A stretch of DNA of 64,000 nt from NCBI GenBank assembly GCA_028023455.1, contig JAQFVV010000010.1:1736001-1800000 (forward strand), read 5' to 3'. The notes beneath the pieces were generated by a model. That model was not told the DNA's origin. It saw nothing but the letters and a program-made list of their open reading frames with translations, and made no database searches. Within the stretch, counting starts at the first letter, position 1; the number at the start of each line of letters is the position of its first letter. Below, piece after piece: positions 54,669-64,000 of the stretch. A program made the translations under genes and the position numbers. The stretch is from Epiperipatus broadwayi (Eukaryota > Animalia > Onychophora).

Positions 54669-55914
54669 TTGACACAATTTTTATTATTCTCCTTAACAGT
54701 TAATATATAAATGATTTTTTACCATGTACTGCTTTTGGTAAAACTGCCAAATTGTTTATTTGTATCTTAATTTAATTGGAAGATATTTTAAATAATTATG
54801 AAAAATTTTCACTCCATTCATTGTTCAAATTTTCAAATATATTGCATTCTATAAAATAAACAAACACTGAATAAATCATGTGATTTTAGGGTGTATATTT
54901 GTGCCAAAGTATTATGTTATGAAATTTTTTTGTTGTGCTTTTGTAAATTTTTTTATTAAGGGTACATATCAATATGTTCCTATAACTGCTTGCATCTCAG
55001 TTCTCAGATAAGTATAATCCTGTCTTCTCAAAAATTTTTGATAGGAACCATTTTAAAATTTAATGATATTCATGGCAAATCATAAATTACTTTGAAAAGC
55101 TCTTATAGTTTTGGGTAAACAAGAGTTCTTGAGGTACATGATTCTTTTAAAATCAACATATTTAACATTAGTTAAAAGAAATTGAATTTATTTAGTAAGT
55201 TATGGTCATTAAAAAAGATGTGACTTGATTTTAGTATCCTGTTAACTAAATTTGCTGCTTGTGTTGGTGCTAAACCACTAAACATCACATGATCACTATC
55301 TCATACTAGCACAATAATTGTTATTAAACAATTCAAAACAAAGCAAAACTCTTCCATATAGTAGTGCCATCTTGTGTTAACAAGAGCAATCAATGGATGC
55401 CAGAAGGCTTGTGCATAAAATGCCTATCTAGTGCCTACTCATCTAATATCCCCAGACTAGTTTCTGGCTTGTGGCCTTCATCAGTGAGGAGCCTTGGATC
55501 TGAGAGCACTGCACCTAGATCTTAGGATCTAATGCAACCCTCCAGCACCCACCTTTTAACTCTATTTAACTACAAAACTATGAGAATGAAATTGAAAACA
55601 CAATTAATATTTTCAATCCAAGCTCAATAGCTTATATAGTCATATGGGTCTGAACTCAATTCAGCACCCATACATTTTGGGGTCTTTGGCTCTTTTACAA
55701 CCATAGCCACCACTATCCTATTAGGCAGGATTGGTGTTAAACCACTAAACATCACATGATCACTATCTCATACTAGCACATAATTGTTATTAAACAATCC
55801 AAAACAAAGCAAAACTCTTCCATATAGTAGTGCCATCTTGTGCTAACAATAGCAATCAATGGATGCCAGAAGGCTTGTGCATAAAATCCCTATCTAGTGC
55901 CTACTCATCCAATA

Positions 55915-55956
55915 TCCTCAGACTAGTTTCTGGCTTGTGGCCTTCATCAGTGAGGA
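55915..55956 (-). ncRNA. Type-I hammerhead (family A); sister copy at 55449-55489 (-)
   Basis: TCCTCA-CTGATGA-A-GGC(CACAA)GCC-A-GAAA-CTAG-TC-TGAGGA. Stem I is a perfect 6 bp, extended by ATCCAA/TTGGAT beyond an internal loop. Stem III ACTAGT is palindromic. Confidence 0.75.
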
Positions 55957-56090
55957 GCCTTGGATCTGAGAGCACTGCACCTAGATCTTAGGATCTAATG
56001 CAACCCTCCAGCACTCACCTTTTAACTCTATTTAACTACAAAACTATGAGAATGAAATTGATCTAGGTGCAGTGCTCTCAGATCCAAGCC

Positions 56091-56132
56091 TCCTCACTGA
56101 TGAAGGCCACAAGCCAGAAACTAGTCTGGGGA
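56091..56132 (+). ncRNA. Type-I hammerhead (family A, inverted arm)
   Basis: TCCTCA-CTGATGA-AGGC-CACAA-GCCA-GAAAC-TA-GTC-TGGGGA on the + strand. Confidence 0.75.
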
Positions 56133-59100
56133 TATTGGATGAGTAGGCACTAGATAGGGATTTTATGCACAAGCCTTCTGGTATCCATTGATTGCTTTTG
56201 TTAGCACAAGATGGCACTACTATATGGAAGTTTTGCTTTGTTTTGTGTTGGTGCTCTTAAATTGTTGATTTTTATATTATGGTATTATAAGTCTTTGTTT
56301 TTATATTGAAAATACAGGTTTGTTAACTTTCTATGATTTATTATAATGTGTATCCATAAGATTAATTTTTTAAAACTATTCTAGTAATTTTAGTTATATT
56401 TAATAGATTGACCAAAAATGACACTACTTCAGTATAATGGTGTGATTGTTTTAATTTTTCTTCTTATTTATTTTTAATGTAGAAGCTTTTAGGAAATTTA
56501 ATTACACAAGAAAACTTATTAAACTATATTCTGTCGTTAATAAGATTAAATGTAAGAATAATTAAAATAAGTTTATGTGCACTATGATGGCTTAATTTAA
56601 AAGGATTTTTTAAACAGGCAGTGATCAAGAAAATGTAAGTTGTCAAAAATGCAAATATGCTAATGAAAATTGAGTGATTTTTATTTAATTTGTTATTATT
56701 GTTTAAATGAAGTATTTAATAACTGTCCCTAAGCATGTTATGTGAAAAGATTAGATATCTGTGACATTTATTCTTAATGGTCTAATATGAATTAAATGGA
56801 AGTGAACCATTTGGATACAAATAATTTTTGAAATAAGTATTTTTTATTGAGAACATGATTATTTTTAGAAAGGGGTGTTAAATGTGAGTAACAGAAGATC
56901 CTAAGATAGAAATTTTTTTTCTTGAAACCATAAATAGTGGCAGACTGTATTTGTTCTTATTGATTACAAAAATTTGATAATATTACACAATTTTTGTTAG
57001 AAATACAAGTTAATATCCAACATGATGTTATAAAGCCACAACAAAAGAACACTTTTGAACTTGTGTTTTTATTAAATTATTGTAAAAAATGATGTTTTAT
57101 TGTTTGATTAAGCTGTTTTCCTGAAAGTATCAGAATTTATTAAAGTTTTGTAAACAGAAGCATTTATAGATTGTATATAAAATAGTGTCATCAGTGATAC
57201 AATTGTTGGGATAACTACATAAATTGGATCTTGGAACCAAAAGTTTCAAGAACTCTTTTCCCCCAATATCAAAATGTTAAACATTCATATTCATTACAAT
57301 TTTTACTTACTTATATAAAGCAAATTAATACATTTATATATTTAAAAATTCACTTTCCAAACAAATATATTTTGTAGTTAATATGTCTGAAAATTGCTTC
57401 ATTGACATTTTTTTTTTGTCAAATCTTATTTTTTCAATAATGAAATCATTTTGTTTTAATATTTTATGAAATTGTTTTAAGAAAACATTTGAATATGATT
57501 AATATGAATATGCTGATTGTTTTTATATTTGCTATTGATGATGAAAATATTGTTGATCTCTGAATTTATAGCACAGAAGTAATTGAGATAGTAATAGATG
57601 TCGAAGTATTGAAAAATATTTATGTCTTAAGAACTATTCACATCTCTGCTTGCATTAGTGTCACACATGTATAAAAGTCTGTTAAATATGATCAAGAAAG
57701 TTTGTTTATAGATTTATTGAAAACATTTGAAGCTTTTGTTATCATTACTTAATAGTTTTTGAATATTAAAATAGATTAAACTTTGAAAGTATATCACAAA
57801 AACTCCATGGCATGTGAAAATAAGTTTTCAAATTTATAGTATTTTGCTCATATATGCACAGCATTGCATTTTCATGGCAGCTAAGCTATTGGATACAACA
57901 CTTTTATTGCTTAATTTTTATTTTGATATGTTTAGAAATATTCTTAGGAAAGTAGATGAAGATAAGAAGATAATCCTGTGAGATTTAATGTAATGGTAGC
58001 ATCAGGACTCTGAAGAATTTTTTACTATCATTATTTTCATCTCAAATTTTCTACAAGTTTTGTCAATCCTACATAACATTTTATTGACTTCATCCTCATT
58101 ATAATTCTTTTTAATCAGAACAACATTGTTTTAACAACTCTTTGATTTTGATTTATTTTCATGTTAAGTTGAAAGAATTTTATTGTGTTTCCTAGGTGAA
58201 AAGAGGATTGTTGTATAGGAAGTACACTTGATGGTTGAAATATTTGTGATTGCCAACACTATGTAGTTGTTTTTATTTTTAGAGCTAGGATCCTCACCTA
58301 TGTTGGTTTGGTGTAGCTAACACAAACTCTGCAATATCTCCACAGTTCATGTTAATAGCTTTATTATGTATTTTTCTAACTGAAAATTTTTAACCAGGAA
58401 TTAATCAAGGTGAAAAATGTTTTCCATGTGGAAATGATATATTTTACAGGCCAATTCTCATTGTTTGCAGTCAGCTATGAAAAGCCTGTCATTCATCTAC
58501 ACTAATAAGCATAGTGAAACACTGTTTTTAATAATGAAAGCAAACTTATGCCTATATTATTTAAACATTTAAAGTTTATTTGATTGCTTTAAAAAATATT
58601 TGAATATACTGTATTTTATATTCATTTCTATTATTTTTATATATATGTTATAATGATAATACTATAAAAGCTATATTGTTTAGAGAAAAGGAAAAAAATA
58701 AAAGTTAAAATTTAGCTTAATTAGAAAAGGCATGGAGATTGAAGAAACAAAATCATGCAATAAATTAGTTAAAAAAAAGATTTAATATATTAAAAAATGT
58801 TGAGTATATGTATATAATAAAAGATTTGTTATACTGTCAAAGCAGTAATATCACATTATAGCAGCTACCTAACATGTCAATTTGGAGATAAAGTAATTGT
58901 TCATATTTAATTAATATTAAATATTAATATTTAATTATTGTTATTTTTTTATTATTGTTTGGAAATGTTTAAAGATGTAAAGTAGTTTGCTTACTGTATA
59001 TTCTATAATATAAGATGAATTTCTGAGTTGATAGGTGGCTTATAACCAGAAAAGCTATGAATGAACCAGAATTTAGCTATATTACTGAGATAGGATTGTA

Positions 59101-62100
59101 AGGATACCAGTCAAAACTTAAAGGATTTTTCTTGTAAGGAAGATTGCTTTACAGTTTTCCAAAAAGCTATTTTGCCAAAATTATACCATGAGTAGTGATC
59201 TCAACAGTAATATAACTTTGTTAAGAGCTTGATTTAAATTATACTAGTGAAATCTTCAGTAATTGTAATTGATTAAAATAGTTTTCAATGTGATAGAACT
59301 GATTTAAGAGAAATAATTCATGAACTCTTCATAAAAGTTTTTTTTTGTTTTTTTTTTTTAAAGATTTTATAATCTCTTTAGTGTTACTTATTTATTTTTT
59401 GTATTTTATTTAAACTATTTAACAATACAAATTTTCACATTAAGACTAAATGTTATTAATTAATATATTAGAAGTATTTGTCAACTGATTTAAGAGAATA
59501 TGTCTTGTGTGTATATATCTTTAAAAAGTATTTTTTTCCCTTCCTTTTATAAGATTAAGGATAGTTAAATAAGATTAATACACCCAGAAAGATATATGTT
59601 CAGGTAAGCATTTTATTTAATGTAAAAAAATGATATATGCTTTAAATTTTTTGACACTCTTTTAATTTGTTTGTTATTATTGAAGTGCTTTTTTTATCAT
59701 TCCATTCTCAACTTCATTTAAAAGATATATTACATTTATATATGTGATTATAAGTTATCTGATATACGAGTTTCAGCGAGCACCAGATTATGCTTGATCA
59801 TGGTAATATAGTAGATGAAGATAAGTAATTAAAAGGTAGGCAAATCAGTCCTTCTATGAAAACTAGCACCAAAGAGTTGTTAAGCAGTCATATTTTTAAA
59901 ACCAGATAAAATTGATTTTCACTAGCTAATATATTTTTTATGGTCAGCCCAGAAGAATGTCAGAGCATTTATTGCTAAGAAAGCTAATCATTTCATCAGA
60001 TTTACTTTACTGAGATTATACTTTAAGTGATCAAGCTATTTAAGCCAATGATTGATGGGATGTTTCTAGCAATTATCCAGATACTGATTTTTTTAAAAAT
60101 CTTGAATGAAGACTTTGATGATACTGAGGATTAGATAATTGATTTAAGCTCATGTGGGTATTTATAGATTGACATTGTGTGGTATTTTCATCATCACTGA
60201 TGATGTAAACCATTTGTTGCATAGTGGCTGCACAACATGAAGTAATAAGATATTATCATATCTCCATATATTATAATATAGTGTCTTTCTTAATTTTTTT
60301 TAATTCTCCTGTTTATAGTTTCATCATTTCTAGAACTGCCCTTTTATAATGTATATTGTCAATAAATCCTGGTTTAACACAATATTTTTTTGCACAGAAA
60401 GTTTTTCCTAACAATTTGAAATAACACATATACTATTACACACTGTAGAACTGTGAATTATGCTTTATTTAATTATATGATTTTAATTATGCACTATTCA
60501 AAAATGTAAGAAAAACAACAAAAAAGTCAATAAAATTGGCACATTTTGTATTCAAGCAGCCATTTTGTTTCTTCTCTGAGCACTGTGGCCATTACGATTT
60601 AAAAAAAAAAAAAGTAAAATTTGTAAATAAATTTTATATATACCAGTAACTCTTTTTCCATCGTGCAGTGCAGTACACATTTATATATATATTAATAACA
60701 TTTTTTCAGTTTATATTGGAAAGCAGTTACATTTTATTCTTTTTTATTATCAAGTTTAGAATTTTATGTGCAGTATTTTGCATAATAAAATATAATGCTG
60801 GAACCTAAATTTTAGAATATACTAAAAATTGATACTGATATAAAACATTAAAAAAATTTAGAGAAATGCTAATTTCTTGATAAGGAAAAAAAGTTATTGG
60901 AAAAAAAAAAATGCTCAGAACATATTTAATAGGATGAAAGTCAGGCATTTCATAATTATTTTATTTTAAAAATGAAAACAGTTGTTTTTTTATTTTTACT
61001 GCTTTAGTGAACAGAGACACTAATATATGTAAATGTGCTCCCTTAATTTATTAATAATAACTTATTTTTTAAAATTTTGTTTATACTACAACCTTAATTT
61101 ATAGATATAATATACATACAAAAAAGTGTCTGTTATGTATATGAAAAATACACGCAGTTCAATAAACAATGTGTTCTATTCTAATCAGTGTATATCAACA
61201 AAGTGTGAGCTATTATACCTTATATAAATTTGCATACAAAGTGGGCATAGAACAAAATATGACATTTCATGGCTCCACCATATATAGAATACACCTATCT
61301 TATAAGTAATTTGTTCATTATTAAATAATATTGAGGTAATTACATTTTCATAAATTCTAATTATAAATAAATTAAAATACATTGAAATTTATTTCAAATT
61401 TTTTTTATATCTAACATTGTTTTTAAGAACATATTACTAAAGAATAGTTAATTTAAGAAGAATAAAAATACCCCCCCCCCCCACATATAACCATTCTTTT
61501 TTTTGTTAGTAAATGTCTCAAATTAAACTGTAACTGTTCTCCAATTGAATTAACTTAAGCATGTAAAACTCCAGACTTTAAATTAAAACATCTATTGTTT
61601 AGAGATTTTAAAATAAAATAAGATTGTTATTTTAAAAAAATGTACTTACATTTATCACTATAAATAATATTATTGATGATTTTTTAAATGTATGTATATA
61701 TAAGAAACAGAAACAATGCATGAGGGTAACTGCAATCTATATAAAATATTTGGGATGCCAAAATTCGAGCTTTATTTTTTGTATTTAAAGGGGAAGTGTG
61801 GCTGGAATAATATAGATATGAGATGTTTCAGATATTATATATACACACTTTTTGCAAATAATAGATGTAGAATGTTTTGAATTATAAAATCTGAGTTGAT
61901 ATTTTACACTTGTTTAAGTGTATAATGTATTTAATGGATGAAGAGTTCATTATATATATATTTTTATCAGTATACTTTTTTTTTTCTTATGTATAATATT
62001 TATTTGTTTTTACAGAAATTCTTAATTTTAGATAATCACCAACTTTTCATTCTTTTTATATTTAGGTAATCTTTTATGATCAACAGGCTTTATTATATTA

Positions 62101-64000
62101 CCATGATTTACAATTCTTAAGTAATCTTTTTATTTAATCTTAAATATATGCAAATTAAAATAATATTGTATAGTAAACAAAGTAATAAATTAATGATACT
62201 TAATACTACTTTATATATGAAATAAATATTGAAAACATTAAATATAACTAATATATTTTTGATGTTGAGCACCCTTGTCAAAAGCAATTGTTATATTCAA
62301 AATAAAAGTGGATATATGAAATTATATATTTTAGGGTATGTATTCCAAAATGCATTGAACTGAACATTATTCAATTTTCTATTCCATATTAAATTTAATT
62401 TATTAATGAACCATGCCTTTTTAATTTTACATCTTGTCATTATGTTCAGCACAAAGAATCTATGCTTCTTTAGGTTTAAAAATATGATCATATATTTTCA
62501 TGTTTTAAAAATACCATATCATTTATTTGAATTTTGTTGTATGTATATATACTGTTTTAATCATACATTAATGTTCTCTGTTGGTTCATGACATTTTATT
62601 ACATAAATCATGTGTGGCACATTCTCTGGGATAATTTTTTTTCTTATTGTTGTTACTTAATTCTTTTTTACATATTTTTTTTTATTTTTTCACACAATTT
62701 TGGGCATTTTGAGAAAATCAATAATGATCCATCTATTGAATGTGAAGATAGAAAATACATAAAATATCTTGATTTGTTAATTAAATGTAATTATAATACT
62801 TTATATTATGTTACTTAATTCTAGTAATATCAGACATTATATAAACCAAATCATTTATATATCCAGGATATAAATATATATTTTCAAAATTTTTTACAGC
62901 TTAGTTAATAAATACAACAAATATGGATTATTTAATAGAGTCATTTTATGATAGGTTAAAGTGGAATAAAAATAGTCTTACTGATAATAAGCCTTGAATG
63001 GCTCTTCCATATATACATTCTGTTTCAACAAAAATAAATTATATGAAAAAGACTACAATATAAGATTACATTAAATCAATCAATAATAAAAATAAAATTG
63101 ATCCGAGAGAAAAATCGCACATTGTTATAAAGTTAAATGTCAGAAACCAATATAAGACTAATAGGTGAATCAAGCAAATATTAATATAAGGTTAAAGCAG
63201 CAGCATGTATTTACATTTACAACAAAATGAAAATAGACCTTGCAGCATCACCATTATTTTTAGAATACGAAAGGATATTTGGTTATGTTTTTGAACCTAA
63301 AGAAGTATAGATGATTTGTGCTGAACACAATGACAAAAAATTAAAATTAGAGAAGTATTGTTCTCTATAAACAGAAAATCTGATAGTGTTCAGTTGAATA
63401 TATTTTAGAACCTAAGCACTTAAATATATAATTTGTTTTTATTTTGAATATAATAGTCACTAGTGATTCAATGTTTTCAATATTTTCTCCATGTATGAAG
63501 CAGTATTAATAATAACTTTATTATATTTCAATAATGGAGTTATCACTGTTTTATATAAATTAATATATATTGTAGGGTATTGAGTTCAAACCCTCATCCC
63601 AACCCCAAGAATTCCAGAAGAGGAGGAGAAATTATTTTTTTTCCCAAATTCTAGTTTGATATATTAGCTATCTATAGAGCAAAAAGAAGAATGTATATAT
63701 GGGCATAATTTCAATTGGTAATAATAAAATCAAAGCTAAAATGCATGTGGATGTACATGTGCATGGAATATGGGAACACAGATTTAAATATTGACATATA
63801 TATATCAAGTGGTTTTAATAATTTCATATTTTCTTTGTAAAAAGTTTTTTTTTTTTTAAGTTCAATTTTGTAAGTAAAAAGAGAGAGATAAATCCAATTT
63901 TAAAGATAAAGATAAATCCTGTGTTGAAAAAGAGGGAGAGAGAGAGAAACTCATTAGTAAGCATTTAAAATTAAAAAGAAACCGCTAATTATTTTAGAGG

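Larger units (their letters stand above)
55272..56242. mobile_element. Hammerhead fold-back element, family A (best-preserved copy; 467-bp monomer)
   Basis: About 1.7 direct monomers (period 467 bp, 55265 to 55732) plus an inverted arm at ~56060-56242. Perfect 13-bp TSD ttgtgttggtgct at 55259-55271 and 56243-56255. Confidence 0.92.

Noticed and set aside
56600-60200. Decayed DNA transposase or host exons (e.g. ag|gtaagc at ~59603)
   Set aside because: No continuous recognisable protein motif; splice-like sites are common by chance in AT-rich DNA.

Overview
AT-rich, CpG-depleted eukaryotic DNA, probably arthropod (inferred from the 7SK type). It is dominated by decayed, nested transposable elements, and I could not recognise an intact host protein-coding gene. 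Recognisable content: four divergent L1/Tx1-clade LINE copies; one near-full-length RTE LINE whose 5' end is fused to a 5.8S rRNA-derived head; two RTE fragments; two Ty3/gypsy remnants; Penelope-like GIY-YIG remnants; a hAT MITE; a retroposed tRNA-Gly; and an apparently intact 7SK snRNA gene with a type-3 Pol III promoter. The main discovery is a set of five sequence families (A, B, B', D, E) of short non-coding fold-back elements; tandem copies give monomer lengths of ~405-467 bp for A, B and D. Each family carries a minimal type-I hammerhead ribozyme with a palindromic stem III. Eight of nine insertions consist of a head-to-tail arm plus an inverted arm, with both termini at the 3' end of the ribozyme-sense RNA. 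The insertions are bounded by target-site duplications of mostly 13 bp. Four families also share a second conserved hairpin at a near-fixed distance from the ribozyme. This looks like a retrozyme or non-autonomous Penelope-like system. All coordinates and alignments were read by eye; element boundaries not defined by a TSD or TIR are approximate.
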